Assembly: GCA_016840855.1 (NCBI GenBank)
Contig: JAEORO010000021.1
Span: 1-22,605, forward strand
DNA from: Candidatus Thorarchaeota archaeon
Lineage (GTDB): Archaea; Asgardarchaeota; Thorarchaeia; Thorarchaeales; Thorarchaeaceae
Reading direction: 5' to 3'
Length of the DNA: 22,605 nt
A program made the translations under genes and the position numbers. The notes beneath the pieces were generated by a model. That model did no database searches, had not been told where the DNA came from, and saw only the letters and a list, made by a program, of their open reading frames with translations. Below, in pieces: positions 7,625 to 17,311 of the stretch. How positions within the stretch are numbered: position 1 is the first letter of the stretch; each line of letters starts with the position of its first letter.

Positions 7625-8899
7625 TTACTTTGCGCCGGTAGTATCAACACTCTCAAGTACCCTATCTGCAGATTTCTTTAGTTTGGATCGATATCCACGT
7701 GTTGTATAAACTCGGATGGGCTTCAATAATCTTGAGAAGCTCCTGGCCATTGGACTAAGGTCGGTAGCGAGCCAAAACTCGTAGCCACTAGAACCACGTT
7801 CAAAAAGCACGAGATCTTCAAACCCAAAACGTCCAGGATAAAATGTTACTGAAACTCTGTCAGGAAAATCGATATATACATTAGTAGGGTCGATACCAGC
7901 ATCATCAGCAATTTCCTTCTCTATGGAATATAGACCATCAGCTGTTTCAAGATTCCCAAGAAATACTGGGTCTGAGATTGCTCTGGAACTGACCAGTTTG
8001 ATAAGATTTCTTCTTCTAAAATCATTAAATATGCTGTTCGCAGTTTGCATTTCATCAGGGTCATCGTTATCTACGTTGAGGAGTCGGTGGAGAAAGGTAA
8101 GGTCATCACAATTTAGAAATGAATTCGGATCTTCAGTAGGTAGAGGGAAGAGTTGTGATCCTGCTTCGTCCAGAACTCGAAGAAGCATGAGCTCGGCAGC
8201 GCGAACGGTCTTATGGAAATACACGGCTTCAAACATGTTCGCTGCTGCTGACAAGTAGGACTCAAGTGTGAATAATGAACTGCGTTCAACAGCAATCTTG
8301 TTCTTTGTAATCCTAGTTGCAGAAAATAGTCTTCTAAACTCTAACTGTGCGTATTCTACGCCTGCAAAATATGAATCTCGTTCAAGATCATCAATTAGCT
8401 CTGGATTGATTGGACAGTGGATTAAGTCGAGATTGAGTCCCTTTATGGGGACTCCTTTGAGGATAAGGTCTACTACTTCATTAGCTGTGAATCCATGTTT
8501 TTCAACAATTCCCTTAACAACAGATTGTTCGAGAATCAGCTTGACAATTCTTTGTCGAGTATTACCACGCACAGAAAGATATTCCTCAGATACATTTCCC
8601 CAAGGGCCATTCGTTAACATAAGAAGTAAAGAAGCCAGCCGACCCCTAAGGATTTCGTCAACGTCACCACCTAAATATTCAAGGAAGACTTCAGTCATAT
8701 GCATAAATCCCAATGTTCGTCCCATCAAAGAGGTGGCTGCTCCAGGATATACGAGCGAGAGACCTGCTGGACTCTGAATGTATCGAAGCCTTTGACTCAG
8801 CCGCAAATCAATGATTTCCTTTTCAAGAGCAGTTAAGGATACGTATCCATGTATTGGATCCTTGATTTCAAGAACTGTAGGAAAGTCTGTTAGAGGCAT
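7625..8899 (-). CDS. HD-superfamily dNTP triphosphohydrolase-like protein with a degenerate active site (probable pseudoenzyme)
   Basis: Family scaffold present (IKDPIHGY, QRLRYI, VYPGA, RDSYFAGV, MFEAVYFHKTVRAAELML), but the HxRFEHSLG and LLHDxGHGPFSH positions read TSLMGRTLG and LLLMLTNGPWGN. Start ATG8899 (alternative GTG8926). Confidence 0.85.
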   Translation of the reverse strand: MPLTDFPTVLEIKDPIHGYVSLTALEKEIIDLRLSQRLRYIQSPAGLSLVYPGAATSLMGRTLGFMHMTEVFLEYLGGDVDEILRGRLASLLLMLTNGPWGNVSEEYLSVRGNTRQRIVKLILEQSVVKGIVEKHGFTANEVVDLILKGVPIKGLNLDLIHCPINPELIDDLERDSYFAGVEYAQLEFRRLFSATRITKNKIAVERSSLFTLESYLSAAANMFEAVYFHKTVRAAELMLLRVLDEAGSQLFPLPTEDPNSFLNCDDLTFLHRLLNVDNDDPDEMQTANSIFNDFRRRNLIKLVSSRAISDPVFLGNLETADGLYSIEKEIADDAGIDPTNVYIDFPDRVSVTFYPGRFGFEDLVLFERGSSGYEFWLATDLSPMARSFSRLLKPIRVYTTRGYRSKLKKSADRVLESVDTTGAK

Positions 8900-9012
8900 A
8901 GATTGCTCAACCGTCTTTTTGGTCACTTGAAGGATATAAGAAAACCCTGAAATACTTGCCTCTCGTGCTCATAGGAGAACCTTCTTGAGGGGATTTGTTG
9001 CACCACGATTGC

Positions 9013-10863
9013 ATGAGAAGACAGTGGTTTGTGCTTTTCTTCATCCTATGGTTTTGTACCAGCTCGGTTTCAGTCGGAGGTATAGAACCTATCAATTCTA
9101 CGTTGGAAACATCGATACAAGCTCAATCTTCATCTGGGATACAAAGAGTTTATGGCACAGACCTCTCAGAGGAAATCTATTCCAGTGTAAGAATTTCTGA
9201 TTATCGGACTTTCGTAAGGGAGATATCTGAAAATGGCTCCAGATACATAATGGATGCTTCCGAAGCAAGGTTGACTAATAATAGGAATGCAAGAGAGTAT
9301 ATTAAACAAAAGCTTACAGAACTCTCAAAAAGCAGAATTGAAGTTGAAGAAATTGGTAGTTATATGAATGTAGTTGGGAAGCTGCCAGGTTATCTTCCTG
9401 GCAATAATCCAGCACTTGCTATTTCAGCCCACTATGACTCGCCTGAATCTTCACCAGGGGCAAACTGTGATGGTAGTGGTATCGCAGCGATGCTAGAGCT
9501 TGCAAGAGTAATGTCCCAATATGAATGGCCACTTGACATTTACTTCTTAGCTTTCAATGGTCTATTCGGCTTTCGTTTTATGCAAGGAAGTCCCCAAGTT
9601 GCCATAGAGTTTCAAGACAGAGGAGTAGAATTCTTGATGGTCTACAACGTAGACACTATTCTTGTTCAAGACAATGAACTTCCTACTGATGAGCGTTTGC
9701 AGATGGGATACGGTACAATAGGACAATCAGATTATCATAATGGACAATATTGGGCAGAACTCGCTCGCATGATGAGTAACAATATTGGGCAAGATAGAAT
9801 AGTTCCAGTTTCATCTCTATACTTTGACGCTTGGTATAGTTCAGACCACTATGCATTCTTTAACAGGGGCTTCAATGCGGTTTGTGCGTTTGAGTCAGGA
9901 CGTGCAGTTGATCCCTCATTTCACAGAGCAAATGATACTTGGGATAATTACTATTTCGATTACAATTTGGGATATGAAACCACAGCAGCGATTGGTGCAT
10001 GTATGGCGCATATCATGGGGCGTACATATGGTGAACAAACAAAACTAAGTTATGATTTCACTTTGGGACTCCGTACCTCTAAGAAGTTCTATATTCCTGT
10101 CACTACTCCCACAACAATGAATTTTACAATCAGGTGGTTTGGAGGTGCTTCATCGTTCTATCTATATAACCCTACAGGCGGACTTATCGCATCAGGAATT
10201 TTCAATCATTCCTCAGCATGGAAACCAAGCAATATTTTCAACCCGACTGTATCAACAAAGGGACTATACACACTGATAGTGGAAAAGGGTGATGAATCAC
10301 CCATCGGTTATGAACTGCGAATCTCCTATGAAACTGATATTGATGGAAATGGCATTGCTGATAGTCAGGAATATTGGATCGACCAAGCCCTATTCTTGTC
10401 AGATCAAGATAACGATGGTCTGAGTGATGCAGAAGAGATATTTTATGGAACTGATATGCTGAGTGCTGACTCCGATGGAGACACCATGCCTGATAAATTC
10501 GAGATTACTGTAGGTCTCAATCCCAATGACCCAGCAGATGGAAACGAGGATGCAGATGGAGATCATTTGACTAATGCCCAAGAGTATTCGAGAGGGCTTG
10601 ATCTGTTTTCTATTGATTCGGACTCAGACATGATGGATGACCTATGGGAGCTGGAGAATGGATTAGACCCCCTTTTTGATGACTCAATGCTTGATCAAGA
10701 TGGAGATGGAAAGACAAATCTGGAAGAGTATCTTAACGGAACTAACCCCCAGGTCCCGGAATCGATGGAGGTACCAATTGTATATATCGCCACACCAATA
10801 TTGTTCATTGCTGCAATCAGTGTATTTGTTTATATTCGTACACAAAAAGATCCCTGGACATAA
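9013..10863 (+). CDS. Secreted, membrane-anchored M28-family peptidase homologue, probably inactive; PPC-like beta domain and DxDxDG repeats
   Basis: Signal peptide MRRQWFVLFFILWF; SAHYDS, NVD, SDH and FH are kept, but GANCDG and FNGLFG replace GANDDG and NAEE; acidic DxDxDG repeats; C-terminal TM helix. In-frame ATG9013 preferred to TTG8995. Confidence 0.85.
   Translation: MRRQWFVLFFILWFCTSSVSVGGIEPINSTLETSIQAQSSSGIQRVYGTDLSEEIYSSVRISDYRTFVREISENGSRYIMDASEARLTNNRNAREYIKQKLTELSKSRIEVEEIGSYMNVVGKLPGYLPGNNPALAISAHYDSPESSPGANCDGSGIAAMLELARVMSQYEWPLDIYFLAFNGLFGFRFMQGSPQVAIEFQDRGVEFLMVYNVDTILVQDNELPTDERLQMGYGTIGQSDYHNGQYWAELARMMSNNIGQDRIVPVSSLYFDAWYSSDHYAFFNRGFNAVCAFESGRAVDPSFHRANDTWDNYYFDYNLGYETTAAIGACMAHIMGRTYGEQTKLSYDFTLGLRTSKKFYIPVTTPTTMNFTIRWFGGASSFYLYNPTGGLIASGIFNHSSAWKPSNIFNPTVSTKGLYTLIVEKGDESPIGYELRISYETDIDGNGIADSQEYWIDQALFLSDQDNDGLSDAEEIFYGTDMLSADSDGDTMPDKFEITVGLNPNDPADGNEDADGDHLTNAQEYSRGLDLFSIDSDSDMMDDLWELENGLDPLFDDSMLDQDGDGKTNLEEYLNGTNPQVPESMEVPIVYIATPILFIAAISVFVYIRTQKDPWT
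10336..10770 (+). repeat. Coding DxDxDG (thrombospondin type 3-like, putative Ca-binding) repeats
   Basis: DIDGNG, DQDNDG, DSDGDT, DADGDH, DSDSDM and DQDGDG interleaved with GL(N/D)P and GT(N/D) units. Confidence 0.75.
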
Positions 10864-10875
10864 AGAGGACATCAC

Positions 10876-12693
10876 ATGAAACATCAACTGCTATTCCTCA
10901 TCATCTGCGCGGCTATACTTGTAAGTCCAGTTAATAATGAGATTCGAGCAGTGGATGACACCTCATCTGGATATTTACCAGCGGCTATTGAATTCGAGAG
11001 AGTCTATGGTATTGATTACTCTCACCAGATATTTGATACTGTTTCCCTTGACTCATTCCGCAATTTCATCATTAAGCTTACTGAAAATGGATCTAGACCA
11101 ATAGGGGCAATAACCAATTTAGGCGAGAATAACGTTGCTGCGAGAAACTGGATTGCCAATGAGCTACGAGCAGTATCTAAGGGCAGGATTCAAGTAGAAA
11201 TATTGGGACACTACAATTCGGTCGTAGGTAAACTTCCAGGTTATCTTCCAGTGGATGCACCAGCCCTTATGGTGGGAGGTCATTATGATTCAGTAGCAGA
11301 TTCGCCTGGAGCGAATGATGACGGAACAGGAATTGCCGCGGCTTTAGAGCTCGCAAGAGTTCTTTCTCGGTACAACTGGCCATTAGACATATACTTTGGA
11401 GCTTGGAATGCTGAGGAAAACGGTCTATTAGGGAGTACAGAGGTATCTCAGATTATGCGTGACAGAAATGTCAAACTCTTAGCATACTATAATATTGATA
11501 TGCTGCTCGTGCCAGGGCCATATGCTCCACGCGGGGGTGAAGTATTAATGGCATATCCAGAAGGAGCATATCATCAAGGGAACTACTGGGCTGATTTGAC
11601 AAGAGTTATGAGCCAAAATTATGGCCAGCATATGATTCAGCCTATATCTTCTGAAGATTTCTCAGGGTGGGAACGTTCAGACCATTGGCCCTTTATTGTA
11701 AAGGGATATACAGCGCTTTTCGCACATGAAAGGGGATTTGCATATGATGTGGCATATCACACAGCACAAGATGTATGGAATAACCCGCTCTACAATTATG
11801 AGGTGGCAACTGAGGTAGTTAGGGCAATAGGGAGCTCAATGGCATTTACGATGGCAAGAGCCTACGAAAAACCTACAGTTCAGAATGTGTCCTTTACATT
11901 ACCTAAAGATGACGTGAAGAACTATACATTTGCTATCAGCACGCCAACCACAGTCAATGTTATAGGGCGTTGGTTTGGAGGTGGAACATCAATATCTCTC
12001 TACAATCCTAATGACCAGCTACTCGCTCAAATGGTAGACACTAATGCTTCAGCGTGGGAATATACTCAGATATTTAATCAGAGTGTCACTTCGAAAGGCA
12101 TCTACAGACTGCAAATAACTAACGAGGGAAAAAAGACTGTAGGACACGAGATAAGCTTATCCTATGAAACGGACATTGATGGTAATGGTATTCAAGACAG
12201 TGCAGAGTTTTGGTTTGATCAAGAGTACTTTTCATTAGATACGGATTCTGATTCACTAAGTGATGGCTTCGAAATGATTATTGGCACACTCCGTGATTCT
12301 GCTGACTCTGACATCGATAATCTTCCTGACGCATGGGAAATCGAACATGGACTTAATCCACTTAATCCAAATGACGCAACAGAAGACAATGATTCTGATG
12401 GCGTAATAAACGTGGATGAGTACCTGTATAACTGCGATCCAAATAATCCGGACTCAGATTCAGACAATATGCCAGATTTGTGGGAAATTGATAATGACTT
12501 AAATCCAACAATGGATGATTCTCTTGAGGATCCCGATCATGATGATTTCACCAATATCCAAGAGTATATTGATGGAACAGATCCGCATTATGCAGAATTT
12601 CGACCAAGATATCTTGTTGTCCCTACGATTGTTATTGGAGCAATAGCAGCTATAGTTATGGTTACATATTGGAAGATTCGACCAAGGACTTAG
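10876..12693 (+). CDS. Secreted, membrane-anchored M28-family aminopeptidase with intact metal-binding motifs; PPC-like domain and DxDxDG repeats
   Basis: Signal peptide; GGHYDS, GANDDGTG, NAEENGLLGS, NIDM, SDH and YHT; C-terminal TM helix followed by KIRPRT. GAGG SD; 12 bp after the upstream paralogue. Confidence 0.9.
   Translation: MKHQLLFLIICAAILVSPVNNEIRAVDDTSSGYLPAAIEFERVYGIDYSHQIFDTVSLDSFRNFIIKLTENGSRPIGAITNLGENNVAARNWIANELRAVSKGRIQVEILGHYNSVVGKLPGYLPVDAPALMVGGHYDSVADSPGANDDGTGIAAALELARVLSRYNWPLDIYFGAWNAEENGLLGSTEVSQIMRDRNVKLLAYYNIDMLLVPGPYAPRGGEVLMAYPEGAYHQGNYWADLTRVMSQNYGQHMIQPISSEDFSGWERSDHWPFIVKGYTALFAHERGFAYDVAYHTAQDVWNNPLYNYEVATEVVRAIGSSMAFTMARAYEKPTVQNVSFTLPKDDVKNYTFAISTPTTVNVIGRWFGGGTSISLYNPNDQLLAQMVDTNASAWEYTQIFNQSVTSKGIYRLQITNEGKKTVGHEISLSYETDIDGNGIQDSAEFWFDQEYFSLDTDSDSLSDGFEMIIGTLRDSADSDIDNLPDAWEIEHGLNPLNPNDATEDNDSDGVINVDEYLYNCDPNNPDSDSDNMPDLWEIDNDLNPTMDDSLEDPDHDDFTNIQEYIDGTDPHYAEFRPRYLVVPTIVIGAIAAIVMVTYWKIRPRT
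12172..12590 (+). repeat. Coding DxDxDx (thrombospondin type 3-like) repeats
   Basis: DIDGNG, DTDSDS, DSDIDN, DNDSDG, DSDSDN and DPDHDD, in the same register as in the upstream paralogue. Confidence 0.75.
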
Positions 12694-12772
12694 CTCCGAT
12701 ACAGAGAGGACAGATGATAAAGATTCAAATTACTGCTAAACTACAGCAACAATTGGGACCGGTGAGAAGTTA

Positions 12773-13651
12773 TTGTATATTCCGAGAAAGAGGTCATTAC
12801 AGCTAATCGAGATACAGGAGGCCGTCCTTCCTGAAGATGAATGGCTAATAGGAATCTCTGATCTCGGATATTTCGAGGGTATAGGTTATTCCATGCCCAT
12901 TGCTAATGAAGATACAAATGAAAATGCACTGGATAATCTTTATGCTTTCATCCCGGGATTGTTTTACTGCTCTTCGCAGCAAACATCTGTTGATGCTGTT
13001 TTAATCGAAGTGACTCACAAGCGCTTATCAGGGGTGATGCTACCAAGCTTCAGACCTGAAGATGTCAGAACTTTTGATGTCGGTGGTGGAATTACTCTTA
13101 ATGAAATGGGAGAAATAAAGCCATTTGAGATAACGACGGAAACTCTTGGTAGTTTCGGAATAGAATCATTCATGAAAGACTCTGGAATAAGTCATGAATC
13201 ACTTGATTACAGACAAGAGATTCAAATTGCATCTCAACTTGCTCAGAGGATACCTCTTATTGACTTGAAAAAAGCATACATTTCAAGCTCGTTTTTGCAG
13301 ACCAGGCTTACAAAATTACTCGATGATATTGAATTCTATGGACTTAAACCTCGAATGAGAATTTATGTGAGAAATAAGAATCATCCTTATGGAACTGTAG
13401 TAGATGTCAAATATGGAGGGCCAAGTAAAGAAGATGTGTTTGATACCAGAGTAAATCTAAAAATTCTTGATGACATCGAAATGGAAAAAGAACTAACTAA
13501 TCTATTATTCCCAAAAATGATTGACTCAGGTGTTGAAATTAACATAGAGAAAGCGATTCGTGATATGCATCAATACATTGGGCAAGCCCTGGGGGGTAGT
13601 GCTACTCATCAGGAAGTCTTGAGAAAACTGTTTGAGGAGGGCACACGATGA
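12773..13651 (+). CDS. Hypothetical cytoplasmic protein (292 aa)
   Basis: Long ORF; TTG start preceded by GGTGAG (12761-12766); stop overlaps the next start (ATGA). No family recognised. Confidence 0.8.
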   Translation: MYIPRKRSLQLIEIQEAVLPEDEWLIGISDLGYFEGIGYSMPIANEDTNENALDNLYAFIPGLFYCSSQQTSVDAVLIEVTHKRLSGVMLPSFRPEDVRTFDVGGGITLNEMGEIKPFEITTETLGSFGIESFMKDSGISHESLDYRQEIQIASQLAQRIPLIDLKKAYISSSFLQTRLTKLLDDIEFYGLKPRMRIYVRNKNHPYGTVVDVKYGGPSKEDVFDTRVNLKILDDIEMEKELTNLLFPKMIDSGVEINIEKAIRDMHQYIGQALGGSATHQEVLRKLFEEGTR

Positions 13652-15174
13652 GCTTGGATTTATTGGATGTAACTAAATCAGTTGTTGATAACTTGCATCA
13701 GACATGGCTCTTCAGAGCAATAGAGGAATTGTGTAGAAAAGATGCTCTGGAGTTGCGAGAAGAACTTGACTTAGCAAGTTTCTCAATATCAACTTCAAAC
13801 TCAATTGAAAGGTATAACATGGTCAAGAAACATTTGCTCTCAAAAAGATTTCAAGATGACGCGACTCTCGAATTCCTAATGGATGCGCCTCGTTGGGCAG
13901 GTTTCGCTTTAAATGAAGACGAATTTCAGTCAAGTCAGCAAGTCATTGGGGCTGCAAGAAATGAGGCTATTGCCTTACTTTGGCTAATGGCAATTCCTAA
14001 GCTCATCATAAGTCCAATCATATCACCAGAAGAATATCCGATTGAAGGCATTAGGCAATTTGTCAGTAATCTCATGACATCAGATGAGTCCCGAGCTTTA
14101 CTTGTGAATGACATGTCTAAAGCAATGGAGTCTAGAGGGATACATGACATTGTCTTTGAACCAAATCCTATTGGGAAAGGGTATAGTATCGATGATACAT
14201 TACGACTGCAAAGGATACAATCACTACTTGCGATGATTATGATGCATTCAACAAAATATTCGTTCGATATTGATAGAATATTCACCCTTAATGAAAGAGG
14301 GATTATAGAAGAAACGACAGCGTATATCATTTCAATGCATGCCAAGTCGATGTTGAAGAACCAGATTACCGGAGCTGGTGCACAACGACCTTTCGATTGG
14401 CCATTAATCGGAAATCCCAAGACATGTAGTAATTTGTTTACGACATTGGATGTTTTACAACAAAGTGCCCTAAATATGACGACATGTTCAAAGTATACTT
14501 CTGAATCTGCTCAGGGACGAACTCCATGGGGAAAACGAGAATTTACTTCATTCTTAATAAATGAGATAACAGAACATTATTCTGAAATACATAGGGTGCG
14601 CCATGGCAAGAGCAAAAATATCGAACTTGACTTATTTATAAAATTATTAACATTAGAGAATAATGAAATAACAGAACGACTCGTTGAAACAGACGATCTC
14701 GGAGGCATGTTATTTACTGAATTAAATAAATACAAGCAAAAGGCAAAGAATGGAGAGCAACCTCAAATCACTCCAGAGCGTCGCTTTAGGGTGATCTTAC
14801 TAAACTTAAAGCAACGAGTGTCAGCGGATGTACTCGATGTAATCTCATCTGAAGAAATCATTGATCAAATCATCGAAGTGTTTGATGCGATAGTCGATGT
14901 AGTTGAGAGCCACAAGAAATCTTTTGGGGAGGAGTCGGAGAGATTTACCCAGGCATTATGTTTTGAAACTGCATATCGTATTCTGCAGCTTCTCAATGTT
15001 GGAGGTGCGATTATGGACCTTCCATGGGTATCAAGATTCATTGCTGAAGAGTCTGCACGATCATATATCTCAACAGGAGAGCTTAGTAACCTAGATGATG
15101 AACATCGTATCAGGAGAATTGTTTCAGCATATGCTGGTGGCCTGACGTACTTGGTTCTTCAATGCTCAAATTGA
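13648..15174 (+). CDS. Hypothetical, mostly alpha-helical protein (508 aa)
   Basis: Long ORF with GAGGAGG SD and ATGA overlap with the upstream gene; amphipathic helical pattern; no recognised motif. Confidence 0.8.
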   Translation: MSLDLLDVTKSVVDNLHQTWLFRAIEELCRKDALELREELDLASFSISTSNSIERYNMVKKHLLSKRFQDDATLEFLMDAPRWAGFALNEDEFQSSQQVIGAARNEAIALLWLMAIPKLIISPIISPEEYPIEGIRQFVSNLMTSDESRALLVNDMSKAMESRGIHDIVFEPNPIGKGYSIDDTLRLQRIQSLLAMIMMHSTKYSFDIDRIFTLNERGIIEETTAYIISMHAKSMLKNQITGAGAQRPFDWPLIGNPKTCSNLFTTLDVLQQSALNMTTCSKYTSESAQGRTPWGKREFTSFLINEITEHYSEIHRVRHGKSKNIELDLFIKLLTLENNEITERLVETDDLGGMLFTELNKYKQKAKNGEQPQITPERRFRVILLNLKQRVSADVLDVISSEEIIDQIIEVFDAIVDVVESHKKSFGEESERFTQALCFETAYRILQLLNVGGAIMDLPWVSRFIAEESARSYISTGELSNLDDEHRIRRIVSAYAGGLTYLVLQCSN

Positions 15175-15221
15175 ATATTGAAGAGCTATACAAGTGAATC
15201 CAGACAAACTTTTAATGATAC

Positions 15222-16136
15222 TCATGTAAAAGTCCGCATGAGCATGTCCCATCTGTGTTGAATGAAGTCCTCTATCTCCTTAATCTTCTTGTCGTCACGT
15301 TTAGGCTTGTACAAATGTGAAAACCTGCCCTGCATCTTCAGGAATTCATCTATGGGCTTTCGCTTCTCAGGGTCTTGGAATCTTTTGCTATGCATTCCAA
15401 GAGTAAACTCATCACCCACACGTTCCCATTGAATCCAGTATCCCGTTTCCACAGCAAGCTTGCCTATCTCCACTCCTTTCTCTACAGGATAATTCCATGC
15501 CTGTGGGCATGGAAGAAAGATATGTCCAAACTTGGGGCCTTCATACTCTCGAGCTTTCTTGAACTTGTCAAATAGGTCTCGAGGATAAGCAGTATTTGCT
15601 GTGAATTGATACACCGGTTCGTGTGCAGCTACGATGAAGTCAAGCATCTTCTCGGGTTCGGTCTTGCCAAACCAAGTAGTCGTTGTCTGAGCATGAAGTG
15701 GTGTGGCTCCAGAACGTTGAGTTCCTGTGTTGCTATAGACTTGGTTATTGTAACAGATATAGAGAAAATCAGTCCTCCGTTCAAACGCACCACTTAGAGC
15801 TTGAATCCCAATGTCAAAGGTTCCACCATCACCGGCCCAAACCATCACCATAGTATGATCATTCTTTTTGGCATTCAAGGCAGCTTTTACACCTGATGCT
15901 GTTGCAGCTGAAGCCATGAACGCAGTATTAAGAACAGGAATTCCAAGCCCGCTTTTTGGCCAGAGTGACTGGACAACGCTGGTGCAACATGCTGGAACAA
16001 CTTGGATAACATCACCCTCGAGTGCTTTATGAGCGTGTCTTAAGGCGACCATATCCTGACAACCAGCACATGCAGCATTACCTTTCAATACATATTCCTT
16101 GAGCGGCATTTCTTTAGTTGCGACCATTTCACTCAC
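15222..16136 (-). CDS. porB: Pyruvate/2-ketoisovalerate-type 2-oxoacid:ferredoxin oxidoreductase beta subunit
   Basis: ACAGC and ACC Fe-S ligands, TPP-binding GDGG...YNN, NTGTQRSGATP, PCP, LKMQGRF. Start GTG16136 (overlapping the alpha stop) or ATG16127. Confidence 0.92.
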   Translation of the reverse strand: MSEMVATKEMPLKEYVLKGNAACAGCQDMVALRHAHKALEGDVIQVVPACCTSVVQSLWPKSGLGIPVLNTAFMASAATASGVKAALNAKKNDHTMVMVWAGDGGTFDIGIQALSGAFERRTDFLYICYNNQVYSNTGTQRSGATPLHAQTTTTWFGKTEPEKMLDFIVAAHEPVYQFTANTAYPRDLFDKFKKAREYEGPKFGHIFLPCPQAWNYPVEKGVEIGKLAVETGYWIQWERVGDEFTLGMHSKRFQDPEKRKPIDEFLKMQGRFSHLYKPKRDDKKIKEIEDFIQHRWDMLMRTFT

Positions 16137-17311
16137 TCCTTCAAATCATTCCAGGTTTCTTCAGGACCCAGCTCACCACTTTCTACAGCCTCGTACGTGT
16201 CCAAAATCACAGCTTTGATGTCAGGGATTGTGACATCCCGACCACCTAAGCCACCAATATAGCTCTTAATCATCGGGCGATGTTTAGTATGGTACATCGA
16301 TGAACGAATGTCATTAGCTACAGGACCCCCGAATCCATAGGATACACCTCTATCATAGCTAGCGAAAGCTTTGACTTGGCTTCCGAGCTCTCGGATTTTG
16401 TCAACAGGGAAAGGTCGTATCATACGCATCCTTGCGTTCCCAACTTTGTAACCTTCTTCACGAAGTTCATCGATAGCATCCTTTGCTTCTGCACCCATTG
16501 AACCCTGAGAGGTGAATACGACATCAGCATCATCACATTTGTAACAGTCGATGGGACCTCCAAAGTATTTTCCAAATCGTTCCTGGTATTCTTTCTCTAT
16601 TTCATCATAGACACCGATAGCTGCTTTTGTCCCTTCGTGCATCATATTGCGAAACTCGACATAGTGTTCAGGAAAGACGATGTTGCCATGACTAACTGGA
16701 TTTTCTGGATCCATCACCCAGTGAGGTGGAGTATATGGAGGAAGGAACTTGTCAACTTCCTCTGGTTCAAGATAATCATAGGGAGACACAGTATGGCTTA
16801 GAACAAATCCATCAGAGTTAACCATCACTGGCATAAGAACACGTTCATCTTCTGCGAGTTTGAATGACTGAATTATTGTGTGATAGAGCTCATCTACGCT
16901 CGCAACATAGAACTGAATCCATCCAGTGTCACGCTTCGAGTAAGAGTCATCGTGAGTAACATGGATATTCCAACTTGGCGAAACTGAACGGTTAATATTA
17001 TTCAGCACAATAGGAAGTCGTGCAGCAGCAGCCCAGTGCAATGCCTCATCCATGAGCAATAATCCGTTGGAAGATGTTGCAGTGAATGCCCTCGCTCCTG
17101 TTGAACTTGCTCCTATACAAGCAAACATCGCAGAATGTTCTGACTCTACCCGAATAAATTCGCCTTTGAAGACTCCAGTTTCGCTTAGATAAGCTACTTG
17201 TTCAGGAACCGTAGTTGCTGGAGTGATTGGGTATGCGGCGACAACCTCGACACGCGCAGAAACAACAGCACGAGCTGCTGCATAGTTGGCACTCATAATC
17301 TCGGTTCTCAT
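16133..17311 (-). CDS. porA: 2-oxoacid:ferredoxin oxidoreductase alpha subunit
   Basis: AYPITP, VESEHSA, FTATSS, DGFVLSH, RPFP, GLGGRD. Likely start ATG17311, which overlaps the delta stop (ATGA), not 17389. Confidence 0.92.
   Translation of the reverse strand: MRTEIMSANYAAARAVVSARVEVVAAYPITPATTVPEQVAYLSETGVFKGEFIRVESEHSAMFACIGASSTGARAFTATSSNGLLLMDEALHWAAAARLPIVLNNINRSVSPSWNIHVTHDDSYSKRDTGWIQFYVASVDELYHTIIQSFKLAEDERVLMPVMVNSDGFVLSHTVSPYDYLEPEEVDKFLPPYTPPHWVMDPENPVSHGNIVFPEHYVEFRNMMHEGTKAAIGVYDEIEKEYQERFGKYFGGPIDCYKCDDADVVFTSQGSMGAEAKDAIDELREEGYKVGNARMRMIRPFPVDKIRELGSQVKAFASYDRGVSYGFGGPVANDIRSSMYHTKHRPMIKSYIGGLGGRDVTIPDIKAVILDTYEAVESGELGPEETWNDLKE

Noticed and set aside
7625-8899. Pseudogene call for the HD homologue
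   Set aside because: No frameshift or premature stop, full length, and non-catalytic motifs are well preserved.
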